Below, one piece after another: positions 25,201 through 38,500 of a stretch of DNA of 64,000 nt (the first letter of the stretch is position 1; the number at the start of each line of letters is the position of its first letter). The stretch is from the NCBI GenBank assembly GCA_964035545.1, contig OZ037771.1:13949133-14013132 (forward strand). Reading direction: 5' to 3'. The notes below the pieces were generated by a model, which worked only from the letters and a program-made list of their open reading frames with translations, searched no databases and was not told the DNA's origin. Position numbers and translations under genes: made by a program. The stretch is from Bugula neritina (Eukaryota > Animalia > Bryozoa).

Positions 25201-25460
25201 TAACTTCGCAATTTTTTCATCATTTAAAAAATTGAATGCCTTAGTTACCAACTTTAAATGCAATTTTAGAGTTGAAGGAATCATCAAATGCTTACGAAAG
25301 TATGATTTTTGAAATCCTTGGATTTTTTTGTATTAGAAAAGTTCAAAACCTAAAAAACTGGAAATTAATTTCAAATTTAAGTATTTCCAAATTAAACCTT
25401 CATTTACTACACTTTATAAACGCCGCCACATCCCCGGTTTTGTCGCGACTGGTCACATAT
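22285..25460. mobile_element. ~3.2-kb degenerate TIR-bounded DNA transposon remnant (ATATGTGACC...GGTCACATAT)
   Basis: Imperfect ~33-bp TIRs (atatgtgacc-tggcaccacaaaacaagggatgt vs atatgtgacc-agtcgcgacaaaaccggggatgt) plus a symmetric subterminal block aaaat(c/t)gcatttaaagttgg(c/t)aact ~190-215 bp from each end; no transposase ORF seen. Confidence 0.55.
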
Positions 25461-28400
25461 AATTAATAATGATATTTTTATTTTAATTTATATTATTATA
25501 ATATAAATATTCATTTAATTTCAATTCTAATTTCTAAATTCTAAGAATTATGATTAATCATAATGTTATCATATTCATAAGATTAGGATTAAATTATATA
25601 TTTTAAATTATATTCATATTGATATTATAATTATTATTCATATTGATTATTTGATAATCATAATGAATATGATATAGTAAAGAAACTTTGCTTAGCAACA
25701 TATAACTTTGACAACAATTGATCAGTTTCACTATAGTACAATATTAATATGTATAACTATAAAAATACTCAGGTTTCATTATAGGATCTTACCTTGATCA
25801 CCTTGACTGGCTAGAATAACATTAGCATTAACATCTATTCGTACAGCTGCACCGTGACTATATTATAATTATTATTCAAGTTAACGATAATTATTTTTTC
25901 TATTGGCAGTTTTCAGGAACTCGCACATGATTGGTCAATCTTGGCACGTGGAAATGTCGTGAAGCAGACAACACTCAACAAAAACAAGCTGTTGACAGAT
26001 AACTGAGTTAAACCAGCTTATTATGCCTATGCATGATGTAATATCAATGATAACATAATGTGTATGCATGCCCAAGTTATCGGTGAAGTGTCATTGCAGT
26101 GGTAGATATAATATTCCAGTGATAAAACAACAATAACAATATGAAGTTGATTGATCAATTTCTTTACAAAGCTTGTGTTTTTTTATACATAGTGCATGGT
26201 GGCTTCATGCACATTGGTAACTAGGCTTTTGTAAGATAGATTAATAGTTAAATTTGTCAATTAACCCCCGTCATAATAATTATTACGACACTGTAAAAAT
26301 ATACAACCACTATGACAGCTTTTAGCTGGTGATGGTTTTATTTATGTTAAAGCTGCACATTAAGGGAAAGAAATGTACCTTGCAAAACAATATGAATTTC
26401 ATATCTATGTTACCATGCTTATATACAATGATGATAAAACTTGCCATATATCTAATTTCTTTGCATATTATTTTAACTCTACTAATGCCTTTTTAAATGT
26501 AAAATTTGACTTTTGGATTTATTTTGTAAATAGTTCTTAAATTGAGCCAATCATAAATCAGCTATTATAAGAGCAGCTTCGCCAAGAGCAGAAAAATATA
26601 TCTCTCATGAGTTACCCATCATAGGAGAGCACTAGGTTTAAGCTTGTTTAATGAAACACTATTACCAATTAATTTATTCACATACTATAATATATGCATT
26701 ATATGACGTTATAGGAAGAGCAGTTTAGCAAATTCCTTTGTGAATTAAGATATGACATTATTATTTACTCAAAAACATAAATACAAGAATTCATAGATGT
26801 TTTGTTTTAAATTTTGATTAGCAATAAAAAGACATTAAGAGCCCAAACAACAATTGATATATTAAAATAAATTTGCTATTGATAATCATTTAACGACAGC
26901 AAAGTTTTTCAATCTGTCAGCCATGATGATTATAATATGGACAAATTTCTTGCAAAATTTTTATTTCAGTGTTTTTTGATTAAAGTAAATATTTATTATA
27001 TAAATATAATACATTGATAATGAATATATCTTATTGCCTAGATACCGTATAGATTATAGCTAATTAGACTAAGAAAATTGACTGTAAAGCTCGGGTGTAA
27101 TCCTTGTAGTTGTCAGCTCTTGATAAAAACAACTATGCAGAAAATATAACTCTTTAGTGGCGTACAAAATAAAAAAACAGTTTTCGAAATCAGGACTATT
27201 TTTTAATTCATCGGTCAACCTCCGTTATATTACGGTATTAGAAAAAGGATGATGAAGCTAAAAGACCAAGACAAGGGCAAGGTCGTAATTTTTAACACCG
27301 AACATAAACAAAAAGGAAACCATTAACTTTAAGTTAAACTTGCACCCGCTGCGTATTATCTCTCTTTATGCTGATAATTCTACATTTTAGAGCCATAACT
27401 GGATAAGAGCGTTCAAATTTACAGTCTATTATTCAAAAAAGGTTAGTAACTTGGTCACCACAATTACGAAAAAGAAAAATAGTTGCTAATAATAATATTA
27501 ATAATATTTCAAAATTTTCAATTTGTTATTTGTGATTTGAAGATGAATCAGTCAATGTCATCAATCGTGAGTCATCACTCATCAGAATGAGAATGAAAAT
27601 GACATGATGGTGGTGACCATGAAGGTCTTTACTATGATAATGATTATGATGGTGATCATCATGATAATATTGATCATTATCATGAAGTTGAACTTAGGTG
27701 ATTATGATTATTGATTTTGAAAGAGAAAGTTGAAATCATTAATTTTAATTTTAAATCAAAATGCAAATGAATTATTATTAATTTTAAAGTTAATAGGCAT
27801 ATTAAAAGGTGTTGTACTGATTATGATATCTTGCTAGCTGTCTAGTCTTATGTCAATTCAATTTGACACTTGATTGGACAAAGATTTTAGAATTTTTTAT
27901 AATTTTAGATTTATTTTTATTTAGAATTAGATCATCATCAAGCAACTGAAATTTAACTTGAGACGTATACAACCATGATATGTCTATTTCACATAATGTT
28001 TAGAATTATGTAGGGCTTAGCTAGTAGTTACTAGTTACAAGCAAAAAAATTCGTTCGGTGGTGTTCAGATTAATAGTGAATTTAGAATTGTAATATTCGC
28101 ACTGTTTTATCAGCAAACTATATGGCATATATAAATGAACGTCACCGGGATAACATTTGCAAACCTATTGCTAGGTTAAGTGTTTCATTTTGATGCAATA
28201 GCTTAGCAATTTTTTGTGATTTACTATTAATAGTAGTATTACTATCAGTATTGCCATAAGCACTTCAACAGGTTAGGCTAACAGTAGGCAAAAACTCCAA
28301 GGTTTGTATAAATATAAGTGCTAACTAATGTCCAGAACTTTATTAACTCCATAGTTTTATACTAATTTCCGAAATGATTCAAAGCATTTTTCACTTACCC

Positions 28401-30761
28401 AGCATTTGTTCAATGCCATAAGTGAAATTACTCTATTTCAATGGCAGTTCATACAAATCATACAAATGTAGCATTTTAAGGTTTTTTATGTTCTTGGTAA
28501 AACTTTATAGTGTGAAAATTTGTATAGTAAATAAACAAAGTCTCCCTTAATTTTTATCTGGCAAGAAAAACTTCAGCTTTTGCAATAATGTGGAAAGTCT
28601 GACTAGAAAACCTGAAAAGTTGAAAAATAAATGCCCACACATGTTTAAATTGTGCAAGTCAAACTATTTACTAGATTTCTCACGTTACTTTACCAATAAC
28701 TTATACTACTCCATTCTAAAATAATTAGTGAATTAATTGTTACCACTTGCCAATTTGTTATTGATAAAAGAAATTAATTATAAAATAAAAAAATCATAAT
28801 GTTTTTATATTTTATAATTAACAAACAAGAATCTTGAAAATTTAATCCCAGTGTCATTTAGCAGTTCCAAATGTTTAATCACGGAAACAATTACTTGTTT
28901 GTTAATTCAAATCACATAAAGTTTAAATACATCATTAGTGCATTAAAATCTTTTAATATACATTTCATAATGGATTTGAAATATAAATACTTATATAAGC
29001 ATTAATATATTAAGGCCACTGCATAAGTGTAATTACAGTACCTCTTTAAATAAATCTCTGAATGCATATAAGTATTCAGAGATGCAATGTTCAAATATTT
29101 GAACAATTATGGCATGGTATTAGTATGGGAACTAAATGTGGGTAGCAGTTACTACAGATCTTACTCTCTCTACTCTTACAATCACTGCACTGTTTTAGTA
29201 TGGGAATTCTTACAGTCATAGGCATATAGGTGCAGGTTTTGAGAAATTTTACTACCATGAGCAAAACATTCTTTCTCTTTCGATAATTTTATGGCACAAT
29301 TTTTAAAATTCTTTTGTTGATTTAATAAAAAAATTGGTTATCAACTGACTGAAATATATTTTTTTTCTGAAAGTAACTCTTACATGATTTTTTTGTCATT
29401 TAAAACATCGGTGTGCTTAAAGTTGCATCACGTGTCAGTTACTTGCAGGTGCTATATTTTGGTCAACTGTCAGTAGCTGCCACTCACTGTTTGCGAGTGA
29501 GCTGCTATTATTAGATATTAGGAGCCGCGTATTGAGATTATCCTTCAAAGAAAAACTAACTTGATAGCAAATCAATAGTATAGTTCACGATGCTCTTAGC
29601 ATACTATCTAGGCAGCATACTGTGCGGCATACTAATACAACTTCCCAACTGATGGCCTAAGTGGAGTATCAAGCTGCTGTAGGATAGAGGCCTCTCCACG
29701 CAAACAGAACTGTATATCATGCAGTCTATAGGTAACTTTCACAGCATATGATTTTAGAGAAATGAAAGAGGTGAACCAGGCTCTGCTACAGACTTTGATT
29801 ATATAATGCTATGCATGCCATTTGCTGACCCTTTGACCTTTGTGGTAGGATAAAATAGGTAATACTAGTTACTGTGCAGTTTTTGTATGTGTTAAATACT
29901 GGATTTCGTCACTTTTACTTGAAATGTTGTAAATTACAATTATTGTCATGGCCTGGATTTGTGGCAGTTTCAGAAATAAACACGTACAAGCTCTGCCTAT
30001 TAGGCTGAGTATTTTTGCAAAGTTTTGTTCTGGGGAGGGGGAGAGTAAGAGTATCTGAACAGTATCTCAAGCAACCCGTGCAAATACCCTAAAACAGGCA
30101 AATCTATGGCTTGTTTTAGATGGAGTTATACAACTCCTTTCACAGGTATTCTGGGCTATTTTTCGCAAGCACCTGTGAGCAAAGGAATGCCGTTATGTTT
30201 GTTTTTAGTGAACTTTGCCTTTTCCTACCAAAATAGTGCTCTGTTATTCTTGTGACACAGATTCTCAGATTGCGAAATAATGTGTTCCTTCGTGAAGCAG
30301 GTGTTTTACACCCTCTAGTGCCCTGCTTTAGTAAGTTACCTAGTAGACAGTCTAGATTCTAGTTTATTGTAACAGACTGAAAGAAAATAGCAATGTGAAA
30401 AAGATTATATCATAAGTTATAAGTTGCAAGTAACAAATGTGAGACGAAAGTGAGGATAAGTGAAAAATACTGGGTTTTTATATTAGCCAAGAAATTTAGC
30501 TTTTGTGTAGTAGCTATAACGAATGTGGAAAAAGCATAATATAGCTGGCATAGCTGAGATAATATGTGAAAAGCAATCATGCATTAGGGAAAAGCTTTCC
30601 CAGCTTATGTAAAGTCCCAACACCAGTGGAACACACTTCATAATAATATAGCTATCAAACACTTTCAGCCGGAATTTATGCGATTTCAAGATTTTCCAAT
30701 AAAACAATCTTCCATATTTTTCGTAGATATTTTACAACAATTTACTGTTATACGTGCCACT

Positions 30762-30878
30762 TAGGAGCAGTAGTGGAGAAACTAAAATAGCCTAAGATCT
30801 TTAATTTCATTATTCAACTTTTGCTACATTTTTAATCTCGAACTCAGGCTTTTCTCACTTTCCCCATTACTGCACCTA
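30762..30878 (-). mobile_element. MITE family A copy 2 (inverted)
   Basis: taggagcagtagtggag...cattactgcaccta; internal ttttgctacattttt is the reverse complement of the family core. Confidence 0.75.
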
Positions 30879-31719
30879 CTTCATACTGAATTACTATTTC
30901 ACATTTTTTGTTTGTTTAGAAAAATATGCTTCTGTAATTTTATTTGCAATCAGCTTAATGTTCAAGTTTCTACAAATGGGCTATATATAAAGTATAGCGT
31001 AACTTGCTCTCTATCTACATAAACATGTAGATAAGTTGAAACTGTTTAAAGAAGGGCATCTCAGATTGCAAGTTGAAAGGAATGCATTCATATCTCATCA
31101 TCTCCTTGGAATTATAACAAATATTTGCTTACAGACTCTTATTTATACAAGGATATGATGAGTATTGACTTTTACTTATCTTTAAACAAATTGGAGCTGA
31201 TAAATGAGGGTGGAGTTAGTGCCCTGTTTGATCCCTTCTGTGGCAGATGTTGCTTGACACGAGTGCCCTCCTACTGGGGGCAAACTCACTCGGTCTTGGG
31301 CTGCTTGTTCAAGTCATCTAGAGCCGGTGACTCAAGTCATTTCACTGAAATCATTTGGGTTTATTCATTCAAGTCAGCTGGGACTAGTAACTTAAGTCAT
31401 CTGGGAGTATTCACTAAGCATGGCTAAACTTTGACCAGCGCTATACTGAGTTGAGAATAGAGCAGGTTCCAACATGTAATTATCTGTGAACAGAGTCTAC
31501 ACCCCCCCTAACGCCAAACTAGTTATTATGATTCCAAGAAAAGCAAGAATTCTCATCTAGAGTCTAGAATACTTGGTATGAACTTGTAATAGGACAAAGT
31601 AGTACTTGCAAGATATCTCCATGCATCTTCTTACGTAATGGCGAACTAAATTTTTGGGAATATCTTCATTTTGTATTAAATTTATCTCCTAACAACAACC
31701 ATGTGTAAAAAGTCTAAGG

Positions 31720-31856
31720 TAGGTGCAGCAACGGAGAAATTGAGAGAATCCTGTATTTTAGATTAAAAATTTACCAAAAGAAGTTATGTTTTCGTTTACA
31801 TTTATTAAGAAAATTAAAGAACTTGGGTTATTAAAACCCCTCCACTACTGTACCTA
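31720..31856 (+). mobile_element. MITE family A copy 3
   Basis: taggtgcagcaacggagaaattgag...ccactactgtaccta. Confidence 0.75.
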
Positions 31857-32211
31857 AATGAATGTCTCACTACACTAGCATTACTTCCAACAGGCAGCAT
31901 ATTTAACCTAAGTGCTGCTGATGGCAGCTAGGTAGTGTGTGTAACATGCTATCATATTCTCATTAGACCTTCTTTCAACAACTTTTTCAAGTATTACCTG
32001 AGTTAGCCCTGAGCTCTATTATTTACATTCACAGAGTTGAGTTAGTAACTTTCATCTCCATTTTCTATGTCTAGTATCAGGTGTAGTTAGGTATGTAACT
32101 TACAGTTGGATTATTAACTTACTCTTCGTTATCAGAGTGACTTGTAGGACTATAACCATCAAGTCTGTTATGATTCACCAAGCTACTATAAAACACCTAA
32201 ACTTGTTGAGG

Positions 32212-32355
32212 TAGGTGCTGTATCGGAGAAATCAAAAAGCTAATGTTCTAGAATAGAAATGTAGCAAAATAAGTTATGTTTTGGCGCCCCAAACCAAAAT
32301 TTATTGAGAAACTTGAAGAACATGAGCTATTAAAATTTCTTGACTACTGCACCTA
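32212..32355 (+). mobile_element. MITE family A copy 4
   Basis: taggtgctgtatcggagaaatc...gactactgcaccta. Confidence 0.75.
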
Positions 32356-32526
32356 GCAGGTTACCCACATTCCTAGTGCTTCGTGTTGGAGACTCTGCTC
32401 TACCCACCCGCTAATAGACTTGTATCTCAAGCTAGCTTCCATCACCATTTTGTAGTTATCCTCTCATCTAAGTATGTTGTAATTGTAGACTGAGAGTTGG
32501 CCGACTAGTTGACCTTCACCTTAGTC

Positions 32527-32588
32527 ATGGGGGAGGGGCAGGAGGTCCTCTTCGATGATAACTACGAACTCCACGAGGTCATCGGAAG
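32527..32588 (+). CDS. CASK: CASK exon 1 ([20 protein letters not shown])
   Basis: ATG at 32527, AG|GTAAGC donor, phase 2. Confidence 0.93.
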
Positions 32589-35500
32589 GTAAGCTCATAC
32601 TGGCAGCGATTTACTTCTGCAGCAGCGAGTGTTTTATTGATTGCTGTCTTTTCTGCCTCTCAGTTGCCAGGTAGAACCAGACAGGAAGTGGTTGCTGTTG
32701 CTGGGAGACAGCGCTGTCAGACCTGGTGTAGAGCTGTGTATCATCTCCAGAATGTGTGTATTTCTAGATATCTGCCAATTATCACCAATCCGTCTGCTTG
32801 TTGAAAGGTTTCTTTAGAATTTTGCTAGAAGCAGCATTGAGTTGGGGGTGACGGAGTACAGTATTTGTGTATTATTGGTTGTCTGACCTCCAAAACCCCA
32901 AACGTATGACCCCCAATTCTGTGCTGCTTCAAGCACTTCGTTTCTCTATGTTCAACCAGTAGCCCCTGTTCAGTCTAAACTGTTTCTTAAAGAGTGAAGG
33001 GGGTGTGAGTTTATCAAATGGTTTTAATTTTAATTCAGAAATTATAAAAGTTATCAGGCTGTCTAAGTCTAACTTCCCCTCATCCAGGACTCACCAGCAT
33101 GCATGGCACACCTATAAAGTTTGTGGTGTGTTATGTGTCTAGAGTTAGCTGTGGTTTACCAGAAGTTGGGTCTAGCTGCAAGAGATACCAGATGGTATTG
33201 TATTGTATCGTATATGGGTGTTCAGCTCTTTTATATGTGAGGTAGCAAAGCATCCTCTGTTCTGCAGAGGTTAGGGAAGCTGGAATAACGCCCCCTGTTA
33301 TTGTTTATTGGAACATTCCAGAGAGTAGAGGAGTTCTCATTGTTCAGGGTGGCAGGCTTTGTAGTTGATGTTGGAGTATCTCTTATCAAGTTACATGAAT
33401 ATAATAAATTAGTCTGCTGTGTTCTACTCTCCCACTACACACCATCTTCTCAATTAGCAGATGGATGTTAGCATGTTTAGCATCTATTTGTAGTCTCTAT
33501 GTACTAACTATAGCGTATTCAGTGCAACTCATAATTTGGTCAATTATCCAATTATATTTTTTGAAAAGAAGTTGATTGAATTGCATTGAGTAGATATGCT
33601 GATTAGCTGTAGGAGTATCTAAGGGTAAATTAGCCATCTCTTCTATTAGTTTGTATAAATGGGTAGTTGTAATTCCTTTTACATCATCCATTGTGCTGTA
33701 ATTATGCTAAAACTGCTCTGGTTTGAGAAGCCCTAGGCTAATTAGATTTGCCTGCAGGAAAAGGGTAATCGAGAATGCTGATGTTTTTTGCTTCTGATTT
33801 TTCTGGTAGCCTGGCTAATGTTTTTCGTTGCTTTTCAATAAAGTGTTGACCAAATTATGAATTCATTCATCTGCTTCAGAGAGAACTATGTGTATTTCCT
33901 GTACAGATTTGCTGTCGACACAATTTCTACTGACTTTATGTTTACATGATGCTATTTTTAGAGGCCCGTTCAGCATTATCAGGAAATGTGTCCACAGAAC
34001 AACAAAACAGCCTTTCGCAGCAAAGATTATTGACGTGGCGAAGTTCACAGCGTGCCCAGGTCTCTCTGCTGAGGGTGAGTGTGGGTTGGGGGGGGTAGGT
34101 TTGGTTGGGGACGAGTCGGTGAGTCAAGGTTATTTGGCTCTTAGGCTGTCATTTGTTTTCCATTGAGATATTATTTGATCTGCTTACATAGTGTTGTAAT
34201 AGGACAATAAGTTGAATGAATTAATTACTCTACAAATGCCACCTACCTTCAATTGTATTTGTATGAATTTAGTAACCTTTTTATCTCCATTAACACCTCC
34301 TAGGAGTTTCTACTCTGTGGAATTTACCAAGCCCCTTTCTATACCTACTATGTTTTATATTGTCTTATCTCAACTCAAGATTTGCTGAAAGTCCTACTGA
34401 AAATGTATCTAAAAGTCCAACTAGCGGATGCATTATTTGTTAGGAGTTGTGAGATATGCACTGACAAAGGTGGATATAGTACCTACTGTGTCCCATTTCA
34501 GTATCGCTGAATGTACTTGTCTAATATTATAATATTCAGAGTTGTGTGCTCTTGTTATTCAAGCAGTTAACCGACATGTATTGGGAATATTCTCTCTAGA
34601 TTTGAAAGCTGAAGCTACCATCTGCCACATGCTGAAACATCCTCACATTATAGAACTGCTGGAGACCTACAGCTCTGAGGGAATGCTTTACATGGTGTTT
34701 GAATAGTGAGACAACTCCTACATTCACACTTTATCCAGTTTTGTTAGCTCTTTTATAGTAACATTTGACCTTTAAATAAAGTACATAGTTTTTTGTCAGT
34801 TGTCAGTGAAGTGTATTGATTTTGTTATATTTATATAAAACATTCACTTGCAGATGCTGTTATTTGCCATTTTCTAATTATAACTGTGTCAAGTTTTACA
34901 CCTTTTTCACTTCCCGCAGAATATAGCCAATCAGATTGCAGGTACTTGTTGACTAGTCTTTACTTCACTATAACACTACAACACTGTGAACTTTGACTGA
35001 TTAGACACGCAGGCGTGTATATAGGGTTTACATGAACCTGCAGCATGTAGGCGTGTCACGTGTTCTATGAATATTATACTACATCCTGTGCTTGCGATAC
35101 TCGTGTATGAGTCATATTATGTTTACAGCATGGACGGCACAGACCTGTGCTTTGAAGTGGTGCGGAGGGCGTCGGCTGGATTTGTTTACAGCGAGGCTGT
35201 TGCCAGGTATGATGTCGTTTCCTGTTTGTAGTCTTTCACAAACAGGATGTGCTACTCTTGTAACTTAATCTAGATTAGATATCGAGATTAAATAAATGAA
35301 CAACGTGCTTCTAGCACTCATATGTGATGTCATGTAGCCTTGGCTCTAAGAGGTATAACTGTGCGGGCTGTTTGTTGGCTTCTCGTCTTACAGCTATTGG
35401 AAACGAGCTTACCTTTACATTATATTTATATCTCCATTTTACAATGTTGGATATATAATGCTGATGTATTTGGGGTTGTCTTCTTTTCTAATTATCATGT

Positions 35501-38500
35501 TACTTACTGGACATACTTACTCTGTAACTTACTGTACACACTTACTATGTAACTTACTGTACACACTTACTATGTAACTTACTATATACACTTACTCTGT
35601 TACTTACTATACACACTTACTATGTTACTTACTGTACACACTTACTATGTTACTTACTATACACACTTACTGTACATACACACTATGCTTGTAGTCACTA
35701 CATGAGGCAGGTACTAGAAGCTCTACAGTACTGTCACTCTAACAGAATAGTCCACAGAGAAGTGAAGCCACACTGCATTCTTCTCGCCTCTAAGGAGAAC
35801 TCGGCCCCGGTTAAACTCTCCGGGTTCAGCGTCGCCGTTCAGCTGCCTAAACAGGCCGAGCACATTGACGGAGGTACGTTGTGTGTTGTGCTGACATGTG
35901 TGATCATCTTACGGCATGCATTTCTGTATGCATTAGTAGTTTGTTCTATGTAGTTGTTTGTTTGTGTCATGAGGATAGCTACTGTGTTGACAAACTAAAT
36001 ATAACGCAATGTCTGGTAGTGTGTGTCTAGCAGTTGTCAACTGTTTTATAATTCAAATAGGGAATGTTTTGTAAGAAATGTATGTTGCAAAAGATTATAT
36101 GTCGTATTTTTAGTTCTTCCATTTATTGTCATTTTAGTTTCTCTGCATTTAAATGTTTATCGTATTATAATTTACTTCGTAGATCTGTAATGTCATAGTT
36201 TTCACGTGCTGCCTAGCTAAGTCCTCCCCAGGGCAAGTTGCAGGCAGCGTTTGCCAAGTTCACTTTGCTTCTACTACTGCATGTTCACTGCTTTATCATT
36301 TCTTAGGAACATCCTGTTTCAGTTGCTGCTATTATTTCAGACATCCAACTGCATGACGACGTAGAGAAATTTGTAGCTACTAATTTTATTGGTAAGCATG
36401 GGATGAGGGTGATATTGCCTGGTTACAAGGTATTTTAGTAGCATGCTATAAAGTTGCTATTGCAAAGTAACAAGTAAACAATAGAGCTAATATATTAAGG
36501 GTAGAAGTGTTTGCTGTTGCTACTAATTACCTGTATTATAACTTAGTAAATAGAAGTAATATAGTTAGTCGGCCATTGCTTTATGTGATATCGTGAGAAC
36601 GTAACTCCTAAAACACATCATAGTATAAGTTATGTAGGTATATGAGTTGTAGAGCTTTATGTAAATAAAAAGAGGTTACGAGCCTGCAATTAGTCAAATG
36701 AGAGTTTTCATCCCTTCTTTTGTGGGAAACAATGTAGCATAACTCCACAAAACGCCAAGATACGAGTACTGTGGTGCACTGAATTTCTGCGTTGATAAAC
36801 GTCACTGAATTCAATTAGTCATGTTGGGTAACTCTTGCTATTAAGATTATTCAGCTACTTTTGATTGCGCACCGTTACGAACAAACCGTAATGGTTCGTA
36901 ATCCAAATGAGCTAAATAAACAGGAAAAGCATGGGAAATCAAGCAAAATTAAAAATAACCTGACTTATTCAGGGGTATTTATTGATATTCTACTAGTTTT
37001 GGGCAAAAAACCATGTTCATTAATGGCTAAATTGTAAAAAATAGCTAAAAACTGGAGATTTCCAGTGTATACTAAATTACGTAAAATGACCCAAATGCAT
37101 TACTAAGCCATAAAGACAAGCGGGTAGATAACTCTTAAAATTGAAGTTCAAATCATTCATCCTCGTCTCACAATATACGCTTAGTAAAACGCCAAGTAGC
37201 TGTCGATGATCCAAAGAACTCGGTCTTATGTTGAGAAACAAGGCTAAGTGACGTCTCAGTAGTCAGCAAGGGTTCATAACCCAGTATTTTTATGATTAGG
37301 TTTCAAGACGACAATATTTACCATCTTTCATTAGCCCCGCCCTTAGCAGAAATATGCTACCTTGTATAGAGTCACTTGTATCTAAAATATATGCACCGAC
37401 GTACTGCTTAGTGCCTCTAGAGCTCAGTGTACTACTCTAGTCTAAGTTGCAGACACGCAGGTAGCCGCTCTGTTCACAGCACTACCTGCTGAAACAAAAT
37501 GGTGAATTCCCGGTGAAGTGGTCTGCATTATATTTCAATTCGAATTTGGCTCGTAACCTCTTTTTAAATGTTAGCCCAGTTTCCTTGCATGAACACACAG
37601 CAAGTACCGAGCTGTCAATACATGTACCGTAGTTTCAACTGTCTATTTCTTGAGTTCTCAGCCTAAATATAAATTACTTTCCTAGCGCTTTGCATGTTTG
37701 TTTCCATTCTATGTAATGCTTCACTAGAAAATTTTGTGCCCAGATTTGACTTGATAAATAGTTTGGTTGGAGCATAGCCCTAATATCCTACTTGTACTCA
37801 CATAGGTCGGGTGGGTACACCTAACTACCAGGCTCCTGAGGTCCTCCGCAGAGAGTTCTATGGCAGACCAGTTGACGTGTGGGGTGCGGGGGTGGTGCTG
37901 TTTGTGCTGCTGAGTGGGGGGCTGCCGTTCTACGGCACTGAACACCATCTACAGAGAGCTATTACTAAACGGCGGCCATTTGTAAGTTTATTGTTAGTAG
38001 TTGTATGTACAGTGTGCATGTACAGTGTGTATGTACTGTGTGTATGTACTGTGTGTATGTACAGTGTGTATGTACTGTGTGTATGTACAGTGTGTATGTA
38101 CAGTGTGTATGTACAGTGTGTATGTACAGTGTGTATGTACAGTGTGTATGTACAGTGTGTATGTACAGTGTGTATGTACAGTGTGTATGTACAGTGTGTA
38201 TGTACTGTGTGTATGTACAGTGTGTATGTAGTATGTACAGTGTGTATGTACAGTGTGTATGTACAGTGTGTATGTACAGTGTGTATGTACAGTGTGTACA
38301 GTGTGTAGTGTTGTATGTACTGTTTGTATGTACATTGTGTAGTGTTGTATGTACACTGTGTAATCTTATATATACTGTACATTGTGTAATACTTTTTGGT
38401 TACAGATGAAAGAACATTTATGGTCAAATATATCTGAAAATGCAAAAGATTTGGTGCTGAAAATGTTAGACAGTAATCCTAACACTCGAATTACTATAGA

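Noticed and set aside
27044-27237. TACCGTA...TACGGTA possible MITE
   Set aside because: Only a 7-bp inverted match and no second copy in the window.
37930-38445. Overlapping Cys/Val/Tyr- and His/Thr-rich ORFs
   Set aside because: 13-bp intronic minisatellite lacking stops in several frames.
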